The notes beneath the pieces are model-generated. The model saw only the letters and a program-made list of their open reading frames with translations. It did no database searches and was not told where the DNA came from. A program made the position numbers and the translations under genes. Below are positions 13,452 to 28,223 of a DNA stretch of 64,000 bases, piece after piece (within the stretch, counting starts at the first letter, position 1; every line of letters begins with the position of its first letter). This DNA is from Octopus vulgaris. Taxonomy: Eukaryota. The stretch covers positions 80,724,001 to 80,788,000 of the forward strand of contig OX597816.1 in assembly GCA_951406725.2 (NCBI GenBank). The letters run 5' to 3'.

Positions 13452-13662
13452 ATCCTTTCTACTGAAGACACAAGGCCTGAAATTTGAAGTGAGGGGACGA
13501 GTAGATTACATCGACCCCCAGTGTTTCACTGGTACTTAATTTATCGATCCCGAAAGGATGAAAGGCAAATGTGGACTTCGCCGGAATTTGAACTCAGAAC
13601 GTAGCGACGGGCGAAATGCGGTGAAACATTTTCCCTGGTATGCTAACGATTCAGCTCGCTGC
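13452..13662 (-). mobile_element. SINE family B
   Basis: ggtacttaatttatcgatcccgaaaggatgaaaggcaaa...gaatttgaactcagaacg; (AAT)n on both sides. Confidence 0.9.
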
Positions 13663-13668
13663 TTTAAC

Positions 13669-13728
<60 letters not shown>

Positions 13729-14430
13729 GACGAAACAATAGACCATCTCGTTTCGGGATGTCCTGTGCTGACACCAAACGAATACAAAAATCGCCACGAT
13801 AGGGTAGGACAGTATATACATTGGAAGATATGTAAACACTACAAATCCGACACTCCTGCTAACTGGTATGAACACCATCCTCAGCCAGTTGTTGAAGGTA
13901 AAGATGTCACCATCCTCTGGGATTTTCCAGTCAACACTGACAGAACGATCAAGGCTAATCGACCAGACATAATTGTTAAAGACAGGGAAGAAAATACCTG
14001 CAGACTAATAGAAGTAAGCGTCCCCACTGATAAAAATGTATCTGTCAAGGAATTTGACAAACTTAGTAAATATAAGGACCTGGAAATCGAAATACAGAGG
14101 ATGTGGAATCTTAAAACAAAAACTGTTCCTGTTATTGTAGGTGCCCTAGGTATGATAAAAAAGGGATGTCAGAAACACCTAGACAATATCCCTGGAAAAC
14201 CATGTCTCAAGGAAATCCAAAAGATTGTGCTAACAAGTACTACCCACATCCTTAGAAAAACCCTATCAATGTAAATGTTTGTGTTTGTATTACATGGAGA
14301 TATTTCTCTACTTCCCCTCCCCAAGCTTTCAGCTATATTTCAACAACTCTTAACCTTCACTTGCCCTAGGGCGCTGGGTGTGCCCCGGCAGGTGATTGCA
14401 TCAAACATGCAGATTAAAAGTAAATGATTA
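13729..14430 (+). mobile_element. 5'-truncated R4/Dong-type LINE: open RLE endonuclease frame (13729-14274) plus 3' UTR
   Basis: ETIDHLVSGCPVL..EYKNRHDRV..ILWD..NRPDII..LIEVSVP..KLSKYKDL..VIVGALG gives the end of the CCHC knuckle, RHD and PD-(D/E)xK motifs; begins right after (AAT)n and ends in taataat. Confidence 0.92.
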
Positions 14431-14589
14431 ATAATCAAACATGAAAGGAATTAAAAGTATTTCATGACAATGGGTGGTTCGTTCAAATAATAAACAATCC
14501 TTATTTAGGGACCTTTAATAATGGGCTAATACCAGAAGAAATAATAATATATGAGATCACCATGTCGCGCACATATGTATTTCTTTACT

Positions 14590-15096
<507 letters not shown>

Positions 15097-16091
15097 GTTT
15101 TTTATTTTTATAGCGTGCTTTCACTTCACTACCGAGCACAGATCTGTGTATGTGCTGTGATTTGTTGGGTATGTGCTGTGATTTGTTGTGATGCTCTGAT
15201 GGTTATTGTATGGAAAGTGTTCTGCGTAGGATGTGTGCAGTGCCTAGTAGTGCAATTTTCTGTATGTTATATGTGTTTGTAAGTCCTGGTGTTTTTGTTA
15301 TGTATTTGTCTGAATATTTTTTTATCATGCCTAATGCACCTACTATGATAGGAATTGTTTCTGTTTTCAGATTCCACATTCTAGTTACCTCTATTTCCAG
15401 GTCTTTGTATTTTGAGAGTTTCTCCATTTCTTTTAGAGACACGTTGTCATCAGCCGGTATTGATACATCAATTAGAAAGCATGTTTTTTCTTCATGATCT
15501 CTGACAACTATATCTGGTCTGTTGGCCTTAATTTCTCTATCTGTGTGTATCGGCATATCCCAGAGTATGGTTGCTTTCTCATTTTCTGTGACTTTTCTGG
15601 TGTGTGCCTATACCATCTTTTTACTGTTGTTATTCCATAATGTTGTCATAGCTTCCAATGTATGTAGGTTCCAACTCTGTCATGTCTGTGAATATATTCC
15701 TTCTTAGCCAAGACTGGGCAGCTAGAGATAATATGATTTATTGTTTCGTGTCCATCTCCACATATTCTGCAGTTACTTGTAATATTTCTTTTCATTACAT
15801 GTTTTTGGTAATTTCTGGTGGGGAGGCTTTGGTCTTGTGCTGCAATTAAAAATCCCTCTGTTACTGCTTTGAGTCCTGAGCTTCTCAACCATTGCTGGGA
15901 TTTTTCTTTGTCTATTTCTTTTGCGTTTAGTTTAGTCCAGTATTTACCATGAAGGGCTTTTCTTGCCATCGTTTTATCATGGTTCGTTGCTGTTCTATTT
16001 TTAGTTTGGATTTCATTTGTTTTATAGCTTTTGTTGTTTCTTCATCTTCTTCTTCTTCTTCATGTTTATTAGGTGGTATGATTTCTTGTTT

Positions 16092-16092
<1 letters not shown>
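15097..16092 (-). mobile_element. 5'-truncated R4/Dong-type LINE (second subfamily), ~1 kb
   Basis: LHGKYW..WL..GLKAVTEGFLIAAQDQSL, CRICGDGHETINHIISSC (CCHC), RHDRV, NRPDIV, IDVSIP, KLSKYKDL; one stop and one frameshift near 15600-15650; (TTA)n on both flanks. Confidence 0.95.
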
Positions 16093-16134
<42 letters not shown>

Positions 16135-16135
<1 letters not shown>

Positions 16136-16250
16136 AACTGGTTTCAAATCTTGGCACAAGATCAGACATGCTGTGTGTGAGGGGTGGGGGCGAGTCAATT
16201 ACATCAACACCAGTTCTCAGCTCGTACTTATTGTATCAACCCCCAACATC
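16135..16250 (-). mobile_element. SINE B 3' fragment
   Basis: ggtttcaaatcttggcacaag...gtcaattacatcaac...gtacttattgtatcaaccc. Confidence 0.6.
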
Positions 16251-18677
16251 AAAGTGCCAAATTTTGAAGAGAATAATCTCTTTTCAGACCGATACAAATA
16301 GTCACTGGATTTTTTAGGGATAAATAACTTGCTAGAAATTATATAAAGAAAAACAGTTTTATTGATAGTTCTGCAATCAAGATGTACTTTTATGTGAATG
16401 AGAAACGTCCCTTCTATCAGAAGACAATAGGTATGAACCTTTATTTCCCAGATGACTAGGTCTCTATTTTCCACTAAGAATTATTCTATATATGTAGCGA
16501 AGAAAATGAATTGAAATAAATCAGTTTACAAGATTTTCAATAAATAATGACATAATCAAAATAAATCGTCTGGAACAGATTCCCTACGGAATTGTCACAT
16601 TTATCACCAGAAAAATGTTGGCTATCTTCTCGAAACCTATTAGGAAAATATTTCTGTAAAATTTGGAGCTGTAATTATTTGGTAGGAGACATGATCTTAG
16701 ACATATTAGAAAATAATATCAGCTACCAGGTCGAAGATCAGGGTTGGGGAAACGTTTTAGTGCTGCGGGAAAATATTTCCAAAGAAAAAGGTCTACGGGT
16801 GGACCACCACAAATTCTAAATCTATATTTATGTAAATCTTGTACACATCTATGTATAATTTGATAAACATTAATAAAGATAAGTTTAAACTTTAAATGAA
16901 CGCGTAACATCTTCATTAACGCCGCCTCTGAACTTAGGACGTTTATATTACTTATGAGGTATTCTATATTTTTCAGCTACAGTGTACTTGGGTCTCAAGA
17001 GGGTGGTACTAACACATCAATACGTGTTTTATAATGATAACAACATTTTCATTCAAATGGCAATTACCGAACGATTTCTGTTCGAGTTTGACTCTTTTAA
17101 GTTGTAGTGGAAACGCGAACTATGTCGCAAATAGGCATACGTATATTATATAAATTTTATAATTGAAAAATTTACTATATTTTGCGCATACGTGTATCTC
17201 AGCCTACAGGCGCAATAAAATGGGCTCAAGGGCGCAATTTTCGCCATCCTTGTAGTAGATGAACGATAGACGAACAGCAATACACAGAGGTATTTAACTA
17301 TATATAATTATATCTATCAATCTACATCCATCCATACATACATATATGCATAATTCTGCACATACACATACATACATACATACATAGATACATACATACA
17401 TACATACATACATACATACATACATACATACATGCATGCATACAAGCAAAAATACCCTGTTATTGGAGTTGAAATTCCAATTAAGGAGCCTTGGATCTAG
17501 GTTAAAGAAATCTTGAAATAAAACTGAACAATAGCATACACAATACAGACATATATACATACATCAGTATTACAAAAGAAACTAAAGGTGAATATAAGGT
17601 ATGATTTTACTAATAGTTAGCATTTTCCTACCATGGCAGAATTCTTTTTAAGTGTAGAAGCAACACTGGCAGAATAATGCCAAAATAAGCGAAAAAAAAA
17701 TCACCTCAGTTATCTACATATTAATAAACTGCATATTTACGAAATATAAAATAATGAATGGAAAATTACAATAAAAATGTTTAAACAAATCAATGCAAAA
17801 CAGTAGAATAGAGAGCAAATAAAATGCCAACACAGCGCTGGCTGCTAACTGATTTGAATTGAATAAAGAAAGGAAACAAATAGACACCTAAAAGAAAAAG
17901 CCCGAGAAATGAGATTAAAATTTGCATTTACAGTCCTACCCAGGCGAAATCGTTGTAACATGATATCATAGAGTCGGTCTAGCAACAAATACAAGAAAAT
18001 ATTCCTGATGATGGTGAAGGGTGTTATGATGATAATGGGGAGGAGGAGGATGGGGACTACGAGGACGATGAGGCGACGGATGGTGGGGAAGGTAACAGAG
18101 ATGGTGATGACGTCGAAGAAAAGGAAATGGACAACAACGATGGTGACAATTATGAGGATGGCAAAGGTTACGATGCTAGCGATGCAGATGGTGGTGATGG
18201 CGAAGAACGAGGATGCACGATGATGATAGGCATATTGACTAAAATGATTGTGATAATACTGAGACGACGACAACGATGATGATGATGAGGCGGAGGGGGA
18301 GCAGAAAGAGAATTCATTCTACAACTGTTTGAAGATTTACAGTTGTTATCGTTGCAGTTGTTAGTTTCTCTACTCCCAAACCTAACCCCCACTTCCCCCA
18401 CATGCCTCTGTTTATTCTATAACCAATATAGCAACAATGTGTAATGTATGTGCCCTCACGTACTAGATGGCAGTAATGACCAGAGTAAATATAGAGTGAG
18501 CTTTACATATGCAGTGTTTTAGAAAGGAGAGTAACTCATAGCTCGCTGTTACTGTGGAGAGAGAGAGAGAGAGAGTAGGATGGACAGACTGACAGAAATT
18601 ACTGAAAATTAACTGCAGAAAGAAACACTCATATACATACACATTCACACACACACATGTATGTACATATATGTATG

Positions 18678-18720
<43 letters not shown>

Positions 18721-19102
18721 TATATATATATATATATATCACTGTTAGTGAGAATGGACCAGATTGACACGTGTTGTGGTTTGAAGAGAGAAAAGTGAAT
18801 ATAGATTGAAAAGAAAACTAGATGGGGGTGAAAGAGGTGAAGCCGAGATAGCTTACAGCAAACAGAGAAAGATTAATAATGTATGTGGATCAGAGAGAAA
18901 AAAAAAGGGTTACCAAAATAGTCAGAGAGATGTGAGAACAACATTGGGAGGCATAGAGAAACGGAATACGGTGGACATTTACTGAGGAAAGCTGAAAGAA
19001 GAGGGAGATAAACTGAGATTGATTAACGATATACACCACACATCAATATACACAGATAGACAGAAATACTAATAGAGCTATATACACATTCAAACATACA
19101 AA

Positions 19103-19939
19103 CGAAGGGGTGCCCAAAAGTGTTCGGAAACGTTTTCTGTTGGACAAGACAAACCCGTTGTTCTTCAAGCTTCAGTCGCTAGAAGCCACTTGATGCGACT
19201 ATCAGGCATCAGTATGCTAATCAGCGTCGTCGAGTATAGTCCTACTGCCACAGGGTGCGTCTTTGTTTTGCATTGCTTCTCCCTTATCCGTCGATTTTTG
19301 CAATGACTGAAACGAAGGAACAACGTGCTTCCGTGAAATTCGGTTTTCTGCTGTGGAAAACGGCGGCTGCTTCTAACGGTTTACAAGGATGCTGACATGA
19401 ATAAAACACAAGTTTACGAGTGGTTTTCACGCTTTAGGAATGAAGATCACCCTCGTTCAGTACGTCCGTCGACCACTTGAACGAATAAAACAATTGACAA
19501 ACTGGTTGATATGACTGCCGTGTCCTGGAGCTTCTGCCAACGAATTCTGAGCGAGGAATTGCGAATGAAAAGATTTGCAGCAAAATTTATGCCTCGCTTG
19601 CTCACGGAAGATCAAAAGCAGTTACGACTGAATGTGTGTCGTGAACTGAAAGAACAGCTGGAAATTGATACGGACCTCTTTTCGAATGTCATCACTGGTG
19701 ACGAAAGCTGGTGCTACGGAATTTGCAGAAGTGAAAAAGGTGAAGAAAAATACGACGGAGGTGTTAAAAAGCATCACTTTGAAAGAGTTCCAGCACTGCT
19801 TCGAACAGTGGAAATCATGCCTGGACCGATGCATTGCTTCAAATGGAGAATACTTCGAAGGCGATATAAGTGCAAACATGTAAAACTAAGTGAATAAAAT
19901 AATTTTCCAAAATTCCGGTTTCTTTTGGGTACCCCCTAG
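19103..19939 (+). mobile_element. Internally deleted mariner transposon with both TIRs
   Basis: Left cgaaggggtgcccaaaagtgttcggaa, right ttccggtttcttttgggtaccccctag|TA; transposase pieces MTETKEQRASVKF (ATG 19303), KTQVYEWFSRF, AKFMPRLLTEDQK, VITGDESWCY, then jump to C-terminal FQHCFEQWK..CIASNGEYFEG; the catalytic centre is deleted. Confidence 0.92.
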
Positions 19940-19954
19940 TACATGAAAAATGTT

Positions 19955-20205
19955 CAAAGGTCCTTCTTGAACCATAGGCTCATAAGACCAGTTTCTAGGA
20001 TCCAGTGGCGTATATATTCTATTCGCCACCACCACCCGACGAGACACAGGTCCGTTGCAGGCTTACCCATTTTTTCAGCTGAGTGGACTGGAATAACATT
20101 AAATGAAGTGTTTTGCTTAAGAACATAAAGACCGGCCCGTCCAGGAATCAAACCACAATCTTACGATCCTGTATGAATACCATAATCAATATGCCACGCG
20201 CACAC
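19955..20205 (-). mobile_element. tRNA-derived SINE family D (diverged)
   Basis: Minus strand head ggtttgattcctgg, middle ttccagtccactcagctg, tail acgccac...gaaactggtcttatgagcct shared with 49492-49791. Confidence 0.7.
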
Positions 20206-20384
20206 TATATACATACATACATACATACATACAAGTACCTCTATTTGGGAGATAGTATTTCCTTAGCGTTGAATAAGTCTCGATCATGTAGCGCTACGAT
20301 CGAAGAAATTACAGAAGAGATCAACAATTAAGCACATGTTCCTCGGATCACGTTTTCCAATGCATGTCTCTGTGTGTAGTTAAG

Positions 20385-20650
20385 TCACGTGGCTTAGTGG
20401 TTAGTGGCATTCGGCTCACGAACATAAGGGTCGATTCCTGACGGTGCATTGTGTCCTTGAAAGACGCTTTATTTCACGTTGCTCCATTCAACTCAGTGGC
20501 AAAAGTGGCCACCTTTCTCACATTCTGTGTCACGCTGAATCTTCCTGAGAACCACTTTAAGGTTATACATGTTTGTGGATTGCTAAGTCATTTGCATATC
20601 AATTTCACGAGCGGGTATCAACTGGAACCCTCGTCGTCGTAACCGACGGA

Positions 20651-20655
<5 letters not shown>
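20385..20655 (+). mobile_element. tRNA-derived SINE, family D head with a different tail
   Basis: gtggcttagtggttag (A box), ggtcgattcc (B box), gtgtccttga...tttcacgttgctccattcaactcag; ends ccctcgtcgtcgtaaccgacggagtg then (TA)n. Confidence 0.75.
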
Positions 20656-20690
<35 letters not shown>

Positions 20691-20775
20691 ATACAATATT
20701 TATTGTATAGATAAATTTCCTCTATTTACATAATATTGAGGTCTCTTTCTTTCTTTTGTTATCTTACCGTTTTAT

Positions 20776-20813
<38 letters not shown>

Positions 20814-21609
20814 TCACACACACACACATACACACTTTGTATCATTTGCGAATTTGTGATTTAAAAAGCAACCAATTGTTTCCTGTGCAGATATCTTCAC
20901 AATCGTTCAAATGTGCCACATGGAAACGTTGGTATTCATCTCCATTTTGAAGTAATTATATATATAGGCTATGAGAGGTAATGGTGTCAATAAGACCCAA
21001 AGGTGTTAGGTAATGCTGAGTAAGTGCTATGGACAGGCTATAGTTAAGCTCCAGGTTCGGTGATTATGCGAATAAGGAGTCCAACGTAGGTCATATATCA
21101 TCATCATATGTATATATATATATATATATATAGTGTGTGTATGTGTGTATGTGTATGTGTGTGTCTAACTACAAGTGCAAATCATGAGGATAGTTTGAAG
21201 AAAGTTTCTAGCTGGTCGAACGATTACACAGTTGCTGTATTGTTTGTTCTCCTCATTCTCTGGTATCTGAATATTTCTAAACAGACATCCAACGAGAGAG
21301 AGGGAGAGAGAGAGGGGGAGAGAGTGGGGAGAGAGAGGGAGAGAGAGAGAGAAACAGATAGATAGGTAGACAGACAGACCGGCTGGCAGAGACAGAGAGG
21401 AGAGGAAGTAGGAGGAAGGGAAGGAGAGAAAGGGAGGGAGAGAAAAAGTGAGACAGAGAGACAGCCAGAAACGAACAAAAAAAAAGGAAACGTTTTCATT
21501 ACATAGGTATACAAAGAAAATGCGTGATAAACGATATAAAAGTGAAGTGGAGGGAACATAAAATTCAAATGTTAATATTTTTAGCATCAACACATTATTT
21601 TCTTATTCA

Positions 21610-21646
<37 letters not shown>

Positions 21647-21979
21647 TATGTGTGTGTATGTATGATAATGTATTAGTGCATTCTTCATTTTCTTTTCTCT
21701 CTTTCACACTCACGTCTCTCTCATTCTCTTGAATCCTTTTTTCTTTTTCTCTTTATAGGCAATATGGAATTGATCAGACAAAGATTATTACATAAAGAGG
21801 ATATGATATTGATTATATTTTGACCAAAGATTACAACTGATTGTCGATAGCTTGCTGAAATGGCATCGCCCTATTGTATTGTGAGTTAACCTTATGTACG
21901 TTAATATAAATGCATATGTATACATAAAATGAATGCGCACTCACACACACACAAACACGCACATACTGTATATGAATGC

Positions 21980-22014
<35 letters not shown>

Positions 22015-23219
22015 TATGCATATATATGAGACAGAAGGAGAGAAAGAAAGAGAGTTACTTTATCAGGATTATGTTATACCAATAATATTGTGAATATGTA
22101 ATAATGTAAGAGTGGAGATGGGAGTAGATACATTCTTAAATATGAATGGGAACCAGCATAGTAGTGGACTTAACAAGATCATTTTCCAGTGGAAACTGCT
22201 GCACTTATACCCAACATCTTGTCAAAAGTATTTGGTTTTTGGTGTGGTTGTTGTTTTACTTAACCCCTGATCAACTTTCAGAAAACTGATCTATTACGAA
22301 AAGCACACCTATCATGACTATTTCCACTTCTATGGAACTTCAATTTATCTAGTATGGCCTTCAAAATTTAACAAGTTCAGTGTGTAATTTCAATGAGATT
22401 TTACTATTTCTAGCAGCTGAAACGACCATATAGAGGTTTTCGCTTGTTGTCCCTACTAACAAAAATGTGGTGATAAATGCTAAATTGAAAAGAAAAGCTT
22501 TGGGGAATAAAGAAGACATTTTGAGTTTCCAGCTCTCCGATGACAAAAACACTGGATTAAGGGCCTGTCTCTTGAGGTTTCTTATGCAGCTAAAGATTCT
22601 TGCTGGATCTCACTAAAAATCACGCACCCTGTTGTGTATAGATAACTGGGTGATGTAGTTTGTAAAAGAAAAAAAAATCGTTGGTCACGGATGAAATGCT
22701 ATTGATTAAACGTCAGTTGAGTCGTAATGAGTTTCAACATCAGCAATAACCGATTACCAGGAACGTAGACAGATGCATAACTGAGAAGGATGATATAAGA
22801 TTGTTGTGTATAGATGTACAAACTAGAGCCACCAAATAACAACTTATATAGACCGCACACTAAATAAATTACACAGTACTTTCATCCCAGACAGCAATCC
22901 GCTAGAACCCAATTTCTTTCGCTCAGTTTCTCTATAGATATCAGTTCAGAATCAGCAAAGCCTAACATCCATACACTTTCTCCTCTTCTATATCATTGAA
23001 CTAAAAGAGAAATAAAAGTAAATAATATATTTATGATAATATTTGAACATGCATGTAAACACAGCCAATTTTATATATCATATATACACACACACTAACA
23101 CACACACGACAATGGGCTTCAATCTACATGCACATACACTTTCTTTGGTAAATAAATGCCCTGTAATCACAATATTTACGCAACTAACGAGATAATTAAT
23201 ACACTCCAAGCCGGATCTA

Positions 23220-23775
<556 letters not shown>

Positions 23776-26240
23776 GCTCCTTTAACTAACCCAACAGCAT
23801 GCACAGACGACACATGCTGTCCTCTCGTGTATATTAGGAACGTTAATATGTTGATTCATCCCAATCTTCCATATCGTGATATTTGCCTAGTTTGTCTATT
23901 AATTTATTTATTTTGCATTCGCAATTCTTTCAATATGTATATTCTCCGCGGTTATAATAATAAAATAAACATATGGCTTTCCGACCGAGCCTCTTGACAT
24001 ACCCTTACACAGATTTTTTTTTTTTTTCGGGTATATTTTTCTTTCTTTATTTAATCGAACTTCTGAAATTAGTAATATTGTTTTAGTGTCCAAAATCAAT
24101 ATTATGCATTGGCTCTGATTAATGATGAATCGTGTCCGCAGTGCGTTTCCGATTCTTGCTGTGAAGTTATTAGATTCTATTTCCTTTATCACCTTCCTCT
24201 GAAATATTGAACCTTTGTGAATTAAGAACATGCATTTATCTTCGACACTTTTTATTGTTTTGTTAATAATACGAGTCAATTTCAAATGTTGGGTTATTCG
24301 TACACATCAATATTGATCTTTGTATTATTGATATTACTAAATCCTGTTGGCACCGATTGAAATCACTGGTAATCTTCGTAAGAAATGTTGTTATTGTTGT
24401 TGTTCCGATTGTGACCAGCCCATATTTCTTGCTGCTGTATAGGACTACGTGTACTTTGTTTATTTGTGATGTAGGGTGTACTTTGGAGGTAATTTGGGTT
24501 GTATTTATAAAAGGTCAACACCACGTTGATCGAGTAACATCATGTGCATGATTTAACTGAATTAGCTACGATTCGAATGGAAAACTGAATTATAGAATTC
24601 TCTTTACTAGTGTTTACTTCTCACCAATCCCAGTTTTCGCATTGCCTCCATCTGTTACCATGTATCCGTATTCTAAATGCTGACATTTAACCTATGGTTG
24701 CATACAGCAGATTTCTTTCAGAGCCTTCTAATTTGATCTTCATGGGTGATGTTGCCCATGTCAGGAAATATAAATTCTGCAGGTCACAAAGTAGCACAAA
24801 ATTCATCGGTACACTACATAAATAAGTCTAAGGTTCAACGATACTTCTTCTACACAGTTACACGATCTGCTAAGAATAGTTAGCACATCTCTCTCTCAAA
24901 TTATGCCATATTGTCTTATACAAAGAAAGATACATTCGATAGTGCAGTATTTTATATATTTTAGATTAAATAAATAAAACAAAAAACAGAAGGTACAATC
25001 TTTGATTGTACCACCGCTTCATCAGAATTAATGTTGAAAACAAAAGGACTCAGTCAGTCGTCACTCGTGAGCTACTCTGATTTGGTGATAAGTACCAACA
25101 GTTTCTATAACTCTTTTAGATTCATATGCGTTCGCGAATAGACATATACAACAGCATGGTGCCCTTATATTTGACCAATTGGAACATCTAGGAACGCGGA
25201 AGTTGGAGAGAGGGGTTGCACTATCACCCTGCTGGTAGCATTACAGGTGAATTGATTGAAGCAACATGATGACAATTTTGCTGGATTAGTGTAGATTAGT
25301 GGAGGTTAAACAATAGTAACTTCTTATCCGTTGCTCCACCATCTCTTACAATTACCCTTGTGTTGATGTTATTCAAGAAAAAAATAACATGGGATAAAGA
25401 ATCGGGTAATTTATTTAGTAGCAGCCAGTAGATAACATGTAAGACTCATGCTTCACAGCAGATTTTATTTGAACGCTGGATTTCCAGTCGTTCTATATAT
25501 ATACTTGGTTTCATATTAAGGACTAAAAAGTCTTACATTGTGCTATGACATCATTTCTGAACTACGTACATTACTAGCGAAAGTTTTTGTCTGTCATCTC
25601 AATATGTTGGAATTACATTTTTGCTCACATCTTGTATGTTTCTTCGATTAATATCTTGAAATGTATGACTCACCTAACATTTCTACATTTAAGATTAGAA
25701 GGTCAATCACTGTAGTCATTATTGCTGGAGAGTAACTGATATCATGAGTTAACTTCAAGAGAGATGAGTTAGGATCAAAACTGAATCACAAGCTCCTCTT
25801 AGATGGTATTCGGCGCTATCTTCATCTGCAATCATCTTTCAAAGTGTTGCTACCCACCCATTCTCTCTTTAAAACTATTGTTCTTCTCAGTAAATATCCA
25901 CTTTACATCCATGCATTCCTTCATTGTGTACAGAGTATTATCCATAGAAAATATGCATTGGCATGCATGTAAGGTTTTAATTTCGCACGTATGTTTTCTT
26001 ACTTTATTCTTTTAAATGATATTGTCATAAATAAAAATGTTTCTAGTATTAGTTTATTTGATATGGAAATGAGTTACCATAATCTATGGGGTCTTCAATT
26101 ATGCAAATAATCTTTACGCCGAAGAGAAGCTAGTGGCATTCTTTATTTTTGAAACTCAATATATGTTGATTTTGTGAAAACAAACCTTATAAATTATTTA
26201 TACATATATACATGCATACATACATGTATCGATGTGTACG

Positions 26241-26330
<90 letters not shown>

Positions 26331-26623
26331 TATATACATATACATACATATATAATTTTCATTCATAACATTCCTATCATTTAGGGAAATAATTTTCTTT
26401 TGTATTTCTGCGTTTTCCTTTGTTTTATTAACTTTTACCAAAACCTTGAATTCATTTTATTGGAGAAAAAAAAACGCATTGATACGTAAAATGATATGGA
26501 ATAGATCAGCAATAATATGTCCGCTATTTTCGACCGAGCATTACAGCTTAAGCTCCTCATCCATCAGTGCAATGACCGCAAACATTCTGACAAAACCAGC
26601 GTAGATTATTGGCATTGAATAAC

Positions 26624-26672
<49 letters not shown>

Positions 26673-26809
26673 GTAATCACGACAACAACAGCATCTCAAA
26701 GCTGTAATAACAATGATTCCTTTCTTTGCCGTAAGGCTGAACATTATAAGGAAACAATATTAATATAATTTGTGATCTTTTTACATAACATAATAGCAAA
26801 TGCTGCTGC

Positions 26810-26845
26810 TGATGAGGATGATGATGATGATGATGAGAAGAAGAA

Positions 26846-26892
<47 letters not shown>

Positions 26893-26985
26893 AGAAGAAG
26901 AAGAAGAAGAAGAAGAAGAAGAAGAAGAAGAAGAAGAAGAAGAAGAAGAAGAAGAAGAAGAAGAAGAAGAAAAAGAAGAAGAAGA
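26810..26985. repeat. (GAT)n followed by ~150 bp of (AAG)n
   Basis: Directly visible. Confidence 0.95.
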
Positions 26986-27428
26986 ATGGTATAAAGATGG
27001 GCTTCAGCAAATATTCTGCTCAATACCACAGATTTGCTTCTCATTTGTTTGACCTTAACCAGCTGAGCATGTCCTTTAGTGGCATCTCTGATCACATGCA
27101 GAAGTGGTGGGGGACCATCATAACTATGTGTTGAGAGAAATTCTTTGGGTTTGGATAATTCACCTCCGAAAACATGGATGTTTCGTTCAACATCCTTTAA
27201 CAAACCTTATTCAGGAACCTTTTGATCGGGACGGACTACTCGACTTGAAGAAAATTCTTACTGGGCCCAAGCTACGCTGTTTATCTTGATGTGAGATCAC
27301 CACGTTGCGCACATATGGTTTGGTGCGTATGTCTGACGTACCCTTATCAGACGGATAGTCATGATGGGTATACTGGGGTTCATATATTTTACCCAGGTAT
27401 CACTTTGATGGCATGCGTGCTCCACTCA
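26985..27428 (+). mobile_element. Family E element, longer copy, ending in (AAT)n
   Basis: Shares taccacagatttgct, gcatctctgatcac, ccttattcagg, gaagaaaattct, gcgcacatatggtt, tacccttatcagacgg and cactttgatggcatgc with 14590-14997. Confidence 0.8.
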
Positions 27429-27437
27429 ATAATAATG

Positions 27438-27496
<59 letters not shown>

Positions 27497-27748
27497 CAGC
27501 ATTGTTTGGAACTGAAAGAATATCTTCGCAGGGTTTTTGAAGCATGGCCAGTAAGCAAGTTTCACCTTAGTCTGCTGGCTGTGGACGGCTGACATTTTCC
27601 GTCATATCCAGCAAAATAAGCTGTGAGTTTTAATATAATAATAGCAGCAACAACAATATTAATAATAATAATGTTATTGTTGTTGTTATTATTATTATCA
27701 TCATCATCATTATTATTATTATTATCATTATTATCATTATCATCATCA

Positions 27749-27789
<41 letters not shown>

Positions 27790-28144
27790 GTTCAGTAGTT
27801 TTATTTTTATAGCGTGCTTTCACTTCACTACCGGGCGCAGCTCTGTGTGCCTTGGGTATGTGCTGTGATTTGTTGTGATGCTCTGATGGTTATTGTATGG
27901 AAAGTGTTCTGCGTAGGATGTGTGCGGTGCCTAGTAGTGCAATTTTCTGTATGTTATATGTGTTTGTAAGTCCTGGTGTTTTTGTTATGTATTTGTCTGA
28001 ATATTTTTTTATCACGCCTAATGCACCTACTATGATAGGAATTGTTTCTGTTTTCAGATTCCACATTCTAGTTACCTCTATTTCCAGGTCTTTGTATTTT
28101 GAGAGTTTCTCCATTTCTTTTAGAGACACGTTGTCATCTGCCGG

Positions 28145-28148
<4 letters not shown>
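27790..28148 (-). mobile_element. Short 5'-truncated copy of the 15097-16092 Dong-type LINE
   Basis: SLKEMEKLSKYKDLEIEVTRMWNLKTETIPIIVGALG...RRTLSIQ* plus 3' UTR; (TTA)n on both sides. Confidence 0.95.

Positions 28149-28223
<75 letters not shown>

Noticed and set aside
16560-17252. Possible hAT remnant ending in ttcgccatccttg
   Set aside because: Only one TIR-like end; no partner TIR, TSD or convincing transposase motif
17990-18310. GC-richer block with Met/Thr/Arg-rich ORF
   Set aside because: Cryptic (GAT/GAC/GAG)n simplicity; no domain and no convincing splice signals
23908-24560. 125-aa minus-strand ORF with faint Penelope RT echo (IDVYE*P)
   Set aside because: Single weak motif, non-ATG start; insufficient support
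26744-27203. Poly-Lys/Arg/Phe/Leu ORFs
   Set aside because: Product of (GAT)n(AAG)n running into family E repeat
27330-27420. HDV-like or hammerhead ribozyme in family E (ctgataa on the minus strand)
   Set aside because: I could only find a simple taccc/gggta hairpin; the required nested pseudoknot or GAAA arm is missing
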